Source of the DNA: Squalus acanthias
Taxonomy: Eukaryota
DNA: 64,000 bases
Assembly: GCA_030390025.1 (NCBI GenBank)
Contig: CM059433.1
Location: 4,278,001-4,342,000 of the forward strand
Direction: 5' to 3'
How positions within the stretch are numbered: position 1 is the stretch's first letter; every line of letters starts with the position of its first letter. Below, one piece after another: positions 36,449-48,839 of this stretch. A program made the translations under genes and the position numbers. The notes under the pieces were generated by a model, which ran no database searches, was not told where the DNA came from, and saw only the letters and a program-made list of their open reading frames with translations.

Positions 36449-36984
36449 TGTGGCACAAGTAAGGAGTGTGATGGAATACTCTCCACTTGCCTGGATGAGT
36501 GCAGCTCCAACAACACTCGAGAAGCTCGACACCATCCAGGACAAAGCAGCCCACTTGATTGGCACCCCATCCACCACCTTAAACATTCACTCCCTCCACC
36601 ACCGGCGTACCGTGGCTGCAGTGTGTACCATTTACAAGATGCACTGCAGCAACTCACCAAAGCTTCTTCGGCAGCACCTCCCAAACCGGCGACCTCTACC
36701 ACCTAGAAGGACAAGGGCAGCAGGCGCATGGGAACACCACCACCTCCAAGTTACCCTCCAAGGCACACACCATCCTGACTTAGAAGTATATCGGCTGCTC
36801 CTTCATCGTCGCTGGGTCAAAATCCTGGAATTCCCTCCCTAACAGCACTGTGGGAGCACCTTCACCACATGGACTGCAGCGGTTCAAGAAGGCAGCTCAC
36901 CACCACCTTCTCAAGGGCAATTAGGGATGGGCAATAAATGCTGGCCTTGCCAGCGTCGCCCACATCCCATAAATGAATAAAAAA
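36449..36984 (+). mobile_element. LINE-X 3' fragment with intact tail
   Basis: AQVRSVMEYSPLAW... ORF, ending GCCCACATCCCATAAATGAATAAAAAA. Confidence 0.88.
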
Positions 36985-38797
36985 CATTACACACCACACG
37001 GACCATCGCTGAGCGACTGAAGCACTGCTGAAGCAGTCCAGTCACATTATAGGGAGGCCACTTTCATTAACATCATTATTGGCCCCAAGAGCATCCCTCA
37101 GAACAGGTTCCTTGATATTTCATTAAAAAAATTAATTAGAATGGTTAACAATTTTCCTGGATCAAGGATGAAATTTTATTTTTAATTTAACGAGACTTCA
37201 ATAAAAATGGATAAATAACACCGATTTTAATGAGATTACATGGGTAACTTTCCGAGGCTACACCTCCAGCAGCAGGGAACCTCATCCATCGGCAGGAAAT
37301 ATTGGAAAATTGCAGGTGTGTTGCCCATGATTTTCAGATATTCACTGCCAGTGGGTGAGTTTCTCTGCCAATGGGAAGTTGGGTGGTCAGTAGTTTAGTG
37401 GGTCTCATTAACAAGATGAGCTCGGAGCGGGCATGAGGGGAGATAGGAGAGAAACTAAAGAAAGATGCGAATTCAGGGTTAGGGCAGGGGGCAACCTTAG
37501 AGGAAGTTAGGCCCGGTGTGCTAGAGGAAGGGAGGGAAGTGGCAGAGGCAGAGGGTGGAGGAGGCAGGGGAGGGTGGTTTACGAAAACGTTTTTTGGTCG
37601 AGAAGAGAAGCCGGGTGTTGTGTTTGCCTTCCTGGATAATCTTTGAATAGTGGGCAGTTTTAGAGATGGAGAGCAGAACCCGATAATGCTTTATGTGATC
37701 CAATCAGATCTGGCGATGGATGGTTAAATCAGTTGTCCACCAAAGACGTTCAAATCTGCGTTCCTTGGACTTAAGGAAGTGGAGATGAGGGGTATATCGG
37801 GTGAACAACTAGGGATGGATCATTAATGGTGGCTTTGCCAGCGATGCACATATCCCGAGAATGATTTTTTTTTTAAATTGGCTACTTTTTCTGCACTTTT
37901 TGATTGGTATAAATAATTTTCTAAGATTGCTCCACTGGCAGAGAACCTCGGCGACCTCATCCAAAAACACGGCATCAGTTTCCACATGTACGCTGATGAC
38001 ACCCATCTCTACCTCACCACCACCTGTTTCTACTCCCCTGGAATGACATCAGCAACGGATTACATTGCCTAGAAAGGGAAAAATAGATTTTGATGGTTCG
38101 GAGGTAACTATCCATAATTACTGCCTCGTTACTTCCCAAAATTGCTTTAATACCTGCAGGCAGGAACCGTGGTCATATGCTTTAAGTTTTAATTTCATGT
38201 TTTTCTTCTAATCGAATCTGAGCATTTTGGTCTCCACTCACCTCATGGGCCACTCTGCTGGTGTAGGTGGCAGAGGCGGCTTGCGTACCTGACAGAGTGG
38301 CTCCACTGATTGGAATGGAAACTGGCATTTTTTGTACAGGTTTGAAGGCTGATGTGGAGGCACCCAAACCCAGTAACAGTAACAACAGAGCACATCTATA
38401 ACGTAAGGACCACCAGGAAAGAAGTGATCGCCTCTAAAATGACACTGCTGAACAATAAGTGCTCAAGGATAAGACCCTAGAGGGGCCTTATTTGTGAGCA
38501 AGTGTTCGAGGAAATATAGCAGTGTATTTCTTTTAATTGAATTTAATTTAATAAAAACAATTGTTTGTGTACTTTTTTAAGCTTACCACAAGGTGGCTGG
38601 CCTCTGATCAACACTGCCACTATTGCAACATTTCTGAGACTAAGGGACAGAAATATCTGGCTTCCCAGTGTCAGCTGTGTCTCAGTGGGTAGCACTCTCT
38701 AGGTGGGAGGGGCTAGGAGTGAGCAGGTGCTGCTGGTTGCCTGATTACTGAAGGGAGTTGGAGTGAGCTTGTAAAAAGTTGGTCCTTTTTTTTTTTT

Positions 38798-40499
38798 TTG
38801 CAGGTTTTAGGGCCTTTTTGGCCCATAAACAGCAGCCAGATGGTTGCTGAGGGGTCCGGAGTGCCGAGCCATTCAGAGGACAGTGTTCCCAAGATGAATT
38901 TAATCAGGGGAAAAACTGTTGTTGGAAGGGAGAGAAAAAGGCCCAAAAATTTGGGCCTGGACCCGAGGAGGTTTGGAAAAGAAAACACGGTGGTGGTGCA
39001 GTGCGAGGATAAGGAGATACGAGCTTGGGATATTATCCATGAGGACTGCGGCGAGGGAAGCTGCTTTGCCTGCCGACCAAAGCCGAATGTTGGGTTCAAG
39101 GTGACGGTCAGTGGCCGAGAGGAGGTGGAAAGACTTTTACTCAGTTTGAAGGTTGGTGATAAGTTCTTGGAGGTATCTCTGCTATATTCGGAAGAGGTGG
39201 TGGTCTCATTCTTAAACTTGCCGGTTTATCTTGAGGACGAGGTGCTAATCAAAAAGTTGGAGTCGTGGGACTTTAAAATTTGTTCGCCAATAAAGAGGAG
39301 ATACTATCCAGGAACACGGGTAGCAGATGGAACCCGTTATGTAAAGGTGCGGTTCCCAGAGGGGGTGAAGTCATTACCGTACAGCATGAAATTCGAGACA
39401 ATGGAAGGAGTGCAGTACTTCTGAGTACTGCATGATAACCAAGTGAAGGTTTGTTATTATTGTCTTGGACACGACCATCTTTTAAGAAACTGTCCGGACT
39501 TGTATTGTATAACTGCGGCGAGTCTGGACACATCGCTCGGAGCTGCAAGGCGGAGAGCTGTGGGGTGTGTCACAAAGGCCCCACCCGCTGTGAGTGTGAG
39601 GCAGAAGGAAGCTCTATGAGTGATGAGATGGGAGAAGGAGCAGAAGGTGTGAGTGGATTGGCCGGCGGAGCGGAGCAGTCGGAGGACACAGCTGGTGAAT
39701 TGAAGGAGAAAAGAGTGCAAGAAGAAGCAGAAAATTGCGGAGCAGAGAACAGGATGGAGATGGTGGAAAACACACCAAGTACGGTGGAAAAGAACAAAGA
39801 CAGCAGAGGGCAGCACGGGTCGAGGGCAGAGTCGCGCCATAATACGGTTCAGCTCTCCCTAAAGAATCTGGTGTCCGCGGGGGGAGAGGAGGCGGGAGTG
39901 GGGTGCGTGGTAAATGTCAGTCCTCCAAAGAAAGACGGGGAGTCCGACATCTCGGTGAGCAGGAGGGGCAAGACAAGGAGAGGGTGCAAGAGGCAGGAGC
40001 CTTAAAGGGGCAGCAGGTCAGGAGCAGTGAGACAAAAACGCCAAAAGAAGGTGCGCCATTGTCCCAGAGAGAGAAGGATCAGGGAGCAAGCGTCAGCGGT
40101 GGAAATGAGGTCGAAGGGAGCAGCACTGTTGGAGAAACCGTGATAGCAGGAAGACTCCCTATGGGAGATGATGTATCTGAGGGGGAGCAGGATTATGTAT
40201 CTGATGGGGAGCAGGAACAGAAGGTTACAGAAGAGCTCGAGAGTGAGGAATTCGAGGGGGACAGAGACATGGAAGTGGGGGGTGGGGTGGCATTGTGTGG
40301 AAAGGGAAAGGTTAGTGAGGGTCAGAAGGAGGGAGAAGGGGCAGCTCCTTGGCCCAAACTTAATGCAAGGAAGAGGCTGAAACAGCAGGGAAGGTTCAAA
40401 CAGGAGGTGAAAAAGAGCCGGAAGCTGCAGGAAAAAGCAACAGCTGGCCAAAAAGTTGGGAAGGAGCATGAGAGGAGGGAAGGGCCAGAGATTAAATGA
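38798..40499 (+). pseudogene. Tx1 ORF1 (RRM-like region, CCHC knuckles, charged tail)
   Basis: VSFLNLPVYLEDE...ADGTRYVKVRFP...SLPYS, then a TGA at 39422, then CYYCLGHDHLLRNC and a frameshifted CYNCGESGHIARSC. Confidence 0.85.
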
Positions 40500-40538
40500 T
40501 GGGGAGATTATCAGGCACACTTCCCTTATTCGGAACCA

Positions 40539-43500
40539 TGATTACATTGGTCTCGATTTAATGTGAACGGACTGAGGGGTGAGAAGAAAGTGCAGCAGTT
40601 GTTGCAGTGTTTTAAAGGCACGGACTTGTTGTGTCTGCAAGAAACCTTTTGGGATGAGGATATCCTAGAAAGAGTTCGGAAGGTTTGGAAGGGAGAGGTG
40701 TTTGCAAGTTGTGCAAACAATAACCGTAGAGGGGTGGCTGTTTTGGTGAGTCTGTCCATAAAAGAGAACGTTGCCTTGGTGGACAAGGACACTGAGGGGA
40801 GATTTTTATGGCTAAGGGTAAAAATGGAGGAATTTAATTGCGATCTCTTTAATATCTATGCACCGAACGACCATTGCAAGCGTCGCGAGTTTTTTCGGGG
40901 GTTATTCACTGAAATGGCAGAGGTAGAAAACCCTTGTATAGGGGGGATTTTAATGTATTTTTATCTCAGATGGACATTTCAGCCCAGATGACCTTTAAGG
41001 ATGATAATTCCAGAGGGATGATTGTAAAAATGATGGCAAATTTAAATCTGAGAGACTTATGGAGGGACTGGGACCCCATAAAAAGGGAGTTCTCCAGAAC
41101 AGGTTGGGTGGGTGATGTTTTAAAACAGAGCCGAATAGATTTTGTGTTAATGCGGGAAGGGTTAAGTTCTGAGGTGATGGAGATTTATTATAAAAAAGTA
41201 TTTTTTAGTGACCACTCGGCTTTGGTTCTTAGAATTAGGAACAGCAGAGTTAAGATTGGTTCAGGGGTGTGGATTTTAAACAATCAATACCTGAAAGAAA
41301 TTGCTTATAAAGAAGGGATTTTAAATATAATAAAGAATGCTCGGAAGGAACCTTTGTTCTTGAAAGAAAGAAGATTTTGGTGGGACAATTTCAAATATGA
41401 GACAAAAGTATTTCGGTACGTTATGGGAAAGAGAGAGCAGCAGCTAACCGGCGTCAAGAAGAGAATATAAAAGGTTTACGAATGTCTGTAAAGCAGTTGA
41501 CGGAGGGGATAAGGGAGCTGAGACTAAGTTCTGGGTGTTAAAGGAAGTGTGGGAATTATTGCAAGCTGAAAAATGCAATGGGGCCATTCTCCGTGCAAAG
41601 GCTAAAGATGCACTGGTGGGCGAAAGATGCACTAGATATTTTCTAGAGCAAGAGAAACTGCGACAGAGATTATCATTAATTGGAGAGTTGAAGGTTGGGG
41701 AGAAGATCATTAATGAAAGTGGGGAGATTGTAGAGGTGCCTAGCTGCTTTTATCAAGAGTTATATACAAAAGAAGACATTTCCAATTTGGTGGTGGAGAA
41801 GGTTAATGCTTTTATTGAAGAGGGTTTAAAAGAGGATGAGAGAAGCATGTGTGACAAAGAAGTAGGATTAGCGGAAATAAAAGTAGCAATAAGTGGAATG
41901 AAGGGAAGGAAAAGCCCAGGGTCCGATGGACTAAGTGCCGAAAGTTATAAAGAATTTTTTGAGATTTTAAGTCCATTGCTCTTAGAGGTTTTTAAGGAAA
42001 TTAAAATTGAGGGAAGCCTGGCCCCATCTATGAGGAGAGGTGTCATAAGCTTAGCTTATAAAAATAAAGGGGATAGAAGGGATCTGAAGAATTGGAGGCC
42101 CATCACATTATTAAATGTGGATTATAAGATCTTGGCGAGGGTTATGGCAAATCGTATGAAGGAGGTGTTGCCGCAGATAGTTTTGCCCTCTCCGTCCTAT
42201 GGAGTCGTAGGCTGGGACATCGCAGACTCTGTGGTCTCAATCTGAGATGCGATAGAGCTCATGGAAGAGAGTGGGAGGGAGGCTTCTGTATTAAAGATAG
42301 ATCAAGAGAAAGCCTTTGATCGGGTCTCTCATGAGTTTTTATTGATGGTTTTGGAAGCATTTGGTTTCGGGGAAAATTTCATTGAGTAGATAAGGATTTT
42401 TTTATTCAAACATATTTAGCTGTGTTAAATGTAATGGTTTTTTATCCAAGTATTTTCCAATACAGAGGTCAGTGAGACAGGGCTGTCCCCTGTCCCCATT
42501 GTTGTACACATTGGTAGCTGAACCGTTAGGTTACATGATGCGAAAGAAACAAGGTGTAGTTGGGATTGCGGTTCCCAGTTCGGGCTGGTGTCGGTGATAC
42601 TCAATATGCAGATAACACAACCTTAACATTGAGAAATGGGGAGTCAGTGAGGAAAGCTATGGACGTTGTGGAGGAGTATTGTAGAGCTTCAGGAGCCAGA
42701 GTGAATTATAGTAAGTCCCAATGCCTGGTTGCATGAAGGGGTAGGGGGGAATGGTTGGAGGAAAGTCCCTTTAAGGTGGTGGAGGTTTTGGAAGTTCTGG
42801 GGGTGCATATGGGGTGCAAGAAAGACAGGGATGAAGTGGATCGATTAAATTGGGAACCAAAGGTTATGAAAATTAAAAAGATTTTGGGAAGATGGGAAAG
42901 AAGGTGGTTGAAAGTGCAAGGAAGAGCGACAGTGGTGTCCGCTCTCCTGCTATCTAAGCTATGGTACTTATTGACGGTGGAGGATATTCCTGAGTGGGCG
43001 GAAAAGTCCATCCGAGAGGCTTGTGTGAGGTTTTTATGGGAAGGGAAACAGAGAAATCAGAGAGGATTCAATTTCCCAGATATTGATTTGAAGAAAAAAT
43101 CCTTTAGAATCAAATGGGTGAAGAGATTTCTTCAGAAGTCAAATACAAGTTTTTGGAAGAGTTGTTTCGAGCATTTTTTAAAACGAAGTGGGATAGGAGG
43201 GCAGGGGATATTGTATATGTTGGGGCAGAAATTCCGATCCCTACGGGTGGGTACGCGCTGTGTACTCACCCGTAGGGCCAATGGAAATGCCGGTTTTAGG
43301 CATGCACTGCGCATGCGCTGAAAACCGGCATTCCCGATCTGTCAAGAATCCTCTTGACTGATCCTCCGCCTGCCCGGGAGAAGGGCCTCTGCGGGCGGAG
43401 AGTTCCATTTTTTGGAGACCCTCCGCCCGCAGAAAACACTTACAATTCTTGCGCCTGGTAAAAGCAAGCGTAAGGCCTGCTTTTACCAGGATAAGAGTTG

Positions 43501-45096
43501 AAAAAAGTAAAAAAAAAAAAATTCCACTGATTTATCATTTAAAAATACTTTAAAGAAAGGTACGTTTATTTTAGCCCCGTTAAAAACTTTAATTATTTTT
43601 TTCAAAAAATAAAATTTTTGTTTAAAATACTTAATTTATAGTAATTTAAAGTCATTTTAAAAATGTGATTTTTTTAATTTATTTAAAGTTTTACTCTGTT
43701 TTGGGGGTGATCTCTATTCATATATTTGACAGGTCTTCCTGTCAAATGTATGAAGGGAGATTCCCTTCTTTGATTGGCTCCCCATGGCCCACGTGATCCC
43801 AGGGACGCTGCGAACCGCCTGCGCCTCTGGGATACGTGGACCCTGCGCACTGGCAGTTTGGAGAGGCCCAGCAACGGAACTCTGCGCCTCCCGGGAGCCC
43901 TCCGGTCCAGGTGCAGATTTTTCCAGATCGCAGCCCTCCGCCCGCGGGAGGCCTGTGAACGGAATTTCTGGGCCAACATGCTTTTGAAATCGATTAAACC
44001 TCTCCCTAGGTTTTATTAGGGGATTGTAGAGACTTGGGTCCAGTTTTTAAAAAGTGTGCAGTTTATGTCCAAGGGTGCTGAGGAATTTTTAGAACAGCCC
44101 TTATTTTTGAACAGATGGGTCTACATCGAAGGAGAGGTATTATTTAATCAAGCTTTTATAAATGCTGGTATTATATGTGGGAAGATGTATTATACGAGGT
44201 AATTCCAGGTTGGTTGCCGGAAGCGATAGTGAGGGACATGGTGTGGGAGGAGGATCAGGAGGTAGAGGAAAAAGCAATTATGATCATGTATGAGAAGATT
44301 GTGAGGGCAATGCCACAGGATTGGATGGAAGAAATAAATGCGGAAATCTCCAAAGGAAGTAAAATGCGTCCCGCTTTCCCAAGCTTTCTGCTGGAGAAAG
44401 GGGGAGAGTTGGTCCAATTTGACAACTGTAATACTCGAGATTTCTATGAGGTCTTTAGAGAATGGAGATTCAAGACACCTGCTGGTCAGGAGTTTTGGCA
44501 GAGTATATACCCACAGCTGGACTTCAACAGGATTTGGAAGGGAGTGTGGGTGAATTTTAAATGTCCAGAGTGGATTGAACTGGATTTCAAATTGGCTCAT
44601 AACCGGATTTTTACCATGATGGTCTTGTGTAAGATTGGGCGAGTGGAGGGAGCGACTTGCCCAGTGTGTGGGATACGGGATGAGACTCTGTCCCATTTAC
44701 TGGTGTTATGTCTGCAGTTAAAGGATTTTAAGTACTATGTTCGACAGTTGTGAGGTTATTTTGCTGGGTGGGGACTGAAGACTGAGAATGGGAATCCCGT
44801 GGGACTCAATTTTGAGATGGGGATTGCAGGAGAGTCTGCCCGAGTCTAGTGGAGCGACAATTAATTATATGTTCAGTTTGGCTAGATTCGTGATTGTGCA
44901 AAGAAGGAATGCTCTGGTTTTTAAGGGGAGGAGAATCAATCTAAAAGAGTATTTTAAATATAAACTAAAAGAGCATTATAAGGCTCTGTGGATGTTTTAT
45001 TCAGAAAGGAATTTAAAGATAGTATTTTACGATCAATTTTTAAAGTACAATCGATTAATACATGTTACGGGAGACAAATTAAACTTTAGGTTTTGA
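40539..45096 (+). pseudogene. Tx1 ORF2 (endonuclease and reverse transcriptase), several stops/frameshifts and a MITE insert
   Basis: NVNGL, LQET, NIYAPN, GDFN, SRIDF, SDH; KSPGSDGL, NWRPITLLNVDYKILA, DQEKAFD, VRQGCPLSP; CPVCGIRDETLSHLLVLC. Confidence 0.92.
43222..43974. mobile_element. Harbinger-type MITE (H1 relative, inverted) inside Tx1 ORF2
   Basis: TIRs GGGGCAGAAATTCC/GGAATTTCTGGGCC. Terminal hairpin shared with H1. TSD unclear. Confidence 0.82.
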
Positions 45097-46513
45097 TAAT
45101 GTGTGGTGGAGGAATGGCTGTGCAGAGCGGCGGAATGGATTTGAATGATTGAATGGAATGATCATGATGTTGTAAATGTTCTTAATGTTCAATAAATGAT
45201 ATAATTTAAAAAAAAAGTGGGTAGCACTCTCGCCTCTGAGTCAGAAGGTTGTGGGTTCAAGTCCCACTCCAGGGACTTGAGTACATAAAGCTAGGCTGAC
45301 ACTCCAGTGCAGTGCTGAGGGAGTGCTGCACTGTCGGAGGTGCCGTCTTTCGGATGAGATGTTAAACTGAGGCCCCGTCTGCTCTCTCAGATGGACGTAA
45401 AAGATCTTGTGGGCACTATTTCGAAGAAGAGCAGGGGAGTTATCCCCGGTGTCCTGGGGCCAATATTCATCCCTCAACCAACATCACTAAAACTGATTAT
45501 CTGGTCATTATCATGTTGCTGTTTGTGGGAGCTTGCTGTGCGCAAATTGGCTGCCACATTTCCCACATTACAACAGTGACTACACTTCAAAAGTACTTCA
45601 TTGGCTGTAAAGCGCTTTGAGACATCCGGTGGTCGTGAAAGGCGCTATAGAAATGCAAGTCTTTCTTTCTTTCTTTCTATTGCTTCTCCTTGACCCCTCC
45701 TCACCCACTGCATTGACTTCAGAAAGTACAGTGGGGTCAAAGGACATGATTGGCTGGCTAGCCACTGGTGAGTTAAAACAAAATCAGTTTTGCTTAAAAA
45801 ATATTTTCAAAATATAAATGTCATTCTTCATGTTTTCCCTTTTGAAGTTTAAACAAGTGCCTTGAAAATAGTATTGTTCATCAGCTTGATTGCTTCAAGC
45901 GCAAAGCAACAATGGCGCCTTGCTCCTGACAATGACGCTAATCCCAAACCACACTGTACAATGGATCTCAGTTTGTTCAGCGGTCATGGAAACAAAGAGC
46001 CATATGCAACTAGCAGCTAGCTCACCCATCCCTGCTAACATTACTCGCTCACCAGTTGCAAACAATACACTTGTCTGGGAAGCTGATCATGTAATTATCA
46101 TTTAAAATACCCTTTCTCCTTCAAAGAGAACCTTTAAGTCGACTAATTCTGGATCAAAACTTTCTGGGACTCTGATCCAGACAAAGCATCTCCTATTAGC
46201 TCTTAGTGTTCAGTGTCGTGCTTGGAATCTATTTTAGGGGCGACCACAATTTTAAAATTATATATATGCAAGATATATAAGTCAGACAAAACAAAAGTAC
46301 TATTTTCATCATTCCTAAATTGTTATGTGCTTAAATACAATCCAATTGAATATAAATCAACATAAAATGAGATGCTATGTTGCAACTTCATGGAAGATTT
46401 TATGATCAACCAACCCATGGGTGAGATCCAGACACGAGTATGATTGTTTGCCAGCTGGGTGCCCGTCATAAGTCACGCGTGTAACTTTTACACCGTGCAA
46501 TCAGTACATGGAA

Positions 46514-46676
46514 GGTAGAATTTCCGTGAGGGTTATCTTGATCTCCCGCCATAACTTCCTCAGAACCGTCGTCAAAATGGAGTAAATGGCTGTTTACGTC
46601 ATTTCTTCGAAGCTTTCCACCATTTTCCGTTGAAGTTACAGCAGGGGTTTGGAAAAGCCCTGCGGGAATTCTAGGC
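46514..46676. mobile_element. Old palindromic MITE
   Basis: GGTAGAATTTCCGTGAGGG...GCCCTGCGGGAATTCTAGGC, an imperfect fold-back. Confidence 0.5.
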
Positions 46677-47209
46677 TGGAAACCAATAGGAGCAATGAGA
46701 ATCTCACCATTAATGCATAGTGCTTCAAGCGATACACTGGAAGCTTCACCCAAAAGGGGGCACATTTCTGAAATCCGGGAATTCATCCATGTGGATTTTC
46801 TGTCCATAGTGAAACACAAATTTGTCAAATTTACACTTGGATCTAAAGCAGTTCATTATTTCTACCATAGGCAAGTACAAGGATGATGGCTGGCCAAAAC
46901 ATATCTTGTACTGTGATATAATTAGAGAACTTTGTTGGGGTAGGGGTTCTAAAGAGATCAAGTTAGCTTTTGACGTATAGTTAATGAATATGTAAGCACA
47001 GCAAGCTTGCTAACCTTTGGTGGTTCTAGTCTATATTTCATCAGACGTCCATTAATTTCAGTGGCATTTTATTTCTCTGGCAAGTCTGAAATGTTGCTAC
47101 ATTCTTCACACACATTTTACATGAAATCACAAACACAGACGACCGCCTTTCACAAGCGAGCCACAATAGTAATGAACCCTTTTGATTTCAGGGTGAAGCC
47201 CAATTAAAT

Positions 47210-47673
47210 AGAAAGACTTGCATTTACATAGCGCCTTTCACGACCACCGGACGTCACAAAGCGCTTTACAGCCAATGAAGTACTTTTGAAGTGGAGTCAC
47301 TGTTGTAATGTGGGAAACGCGGCAGCCAATTTGCGCACAGCAAGCTCCCACAAACAGCAACCTGATAATGGCCAGATAATCTGTTTTTGTTATGTTGGTT
47401 GAGGGATAAATATTGGCCAGGACACTGGGGATAACTCCCCTGCTCTTCTTTGAAATAGTGCCGCGGGATCTTTGACGTCCACCTGAGAGAGCGGACGGGG
47501 CCTCGATTTAACATTTCATCTGAAAGACTGCACCTCCAACAGTGCAGCGCTCCCTCAGCACTGCACTGGAGTGTCAGCTTAGCTTTATGTGCTCAAGTCC
47601 CTGGAGTGGGACTTGAACCCACAACCTTCTGACTCAGAGGCGAGTGGGCTACCCACTGAGCCACAGCTGACAC
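47210..47673 (-). mobile_element. Full-length Deu-domain SINE
   Basis: Reverse complement of 20566-21037. Confidence 0.92.
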
Positions 47674-47805
47674 TTAAATCCAATAATTATCCTTGAAACA
47701 TGAATCCCAAAATTAAGGTTACATCTAGTGAAACCCAGAGATGGGAACTTCATCATGACGCACTTCTGGTGTGATGCACACATTGGCTTTCTCTGTTTGG
47801 CACAG

Positions 47806-47968
47806 GAGGGGCTTTACCTTCCTCCACTAGCAACAGGCAGCATCAATGTAGACCACGCCTTCAGTTGGCTACATTGCGTACAGACAGTTGAATCAAGTTC
47901 CATGGAGCAGGAGAAGGCACTGAGGACACAGCTAATGATGCATGTCAACTCGTTTTCACATTACACTG
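47806..47968 (+). other. Candidate host exon (unverified)
   Basis: Pyrimidine tract plus CACAG acceptor, one open frame (EGLYLPPLATGS...SHYT), and a G|GTTAGA donor. No homology recognised. Confidence 0.2.
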
Positions 47969-48324
47969 GTTAGAACCATTCATTACTGATTTAACATTTT
48001 ATCTGTTCCATCCAAAGTTGTTTTGCTGATTAAGCCTTATGTTTTCTGATCATGAACGATTTGAACATGATCCTAGAAAGCATGTATTTGTTGAGTTCAT
48101 CTGATTTTTTTCACCCAAATTTAAGAAAATAAAGCCTGAAAATTAGAACAATTTGCAACTTCAACACAATAAAACAACCTTAAGAATTTCACAGAGGCAA
48201 AATTGGACATTGAACGATACTGGGAGAAGAGTTAGGGAAGGTGACTGAAGGCATGTTCAGAGAGATGGGCGTTGAGTCTTTTGATGGACAGGAGAGAATA
48301 GACAAATTCTTATGTCAGATTTTA

Positions 48325-48610
48325 ACATAAGAAATAGGAGCAGTAGTCGGCCATTCGGCCCCTCGAGCCTGTTCTGTCATTCAATAAGATCATGGCTGAT
48401 CTTCTACCTCAACTCCACTTTCCTGAACTATCCCCATATCCCTTGATTCCCTTAATATTTAAAAATCTATCGATCTCTGTCTTGAATATACTCAATGACT
48501 GAGCCTCCACAGCCCTCTGGGGTAGAGAATTCCAAAGATTCACCACCCTCTGAGTGAAGAAATTTCTCCTCATCTCTGTCCTAAATGGCCGACCCCTTAT
48601 TCTGAGACTT
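48325..48610 (-). mobile_element. CR1 3' end
   Basis: HSLRIRGRPFRTEMRRNFFTQRVVNLWNSLPQ-type sequence plus 3'UTR. Confidence 0.9.
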
Positions 48611-48839
48611 TGGGAGTGTGTTTCAGAGTATGGGGCCAAGCTAGCTGAGGGCTCTGCAAACAAAGCTGAAGCAGAGAGAGGGGGTTGCGAAGGAGGCCAC
48701 AGTCGGAGCAGTGAAGTACTGACAGGAAAGGCTGCAGGAGGTTACAGAAGTGGGAAAAGATCAAGCCTCAGAGGGCTCAGAGATGAGAAAAAAGATTTTG
48801 AATTTGGTGCTTTGAGGAAACTGAAGCCAAGGGAGGTTA

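Larger units (their letters stand above)
38700..45215 (+). mobile_element. Near-full-length Tx1-clade (L1 group) LINE, decayed
   Basis: ORF1 with zinc knuckles; ORF2 with APE, RT and a C-terminal CCHC. AATAAA at 45191 and a short poly(A). 16-bp TSD AGTGGGTAGCACTCTC at 38684-38699 and 45216-45231. Confidence 0.92.
38668..45677 (+). mobile_element. Deu-domain SINE split by Tx1 (38668-38699 and 45216-45677)
   Basis: The two parts rejoin into a full SINE colinear with 20566-21037. Confidence 0.92.

Noticed and set aside
46870..46940. Exon encoding KYKDDGWPKHILYCDI
   Set aside because: Resembles the RTE motif D.RLPKQ.LY.EL, so more likely a LINE relic; no good donor.
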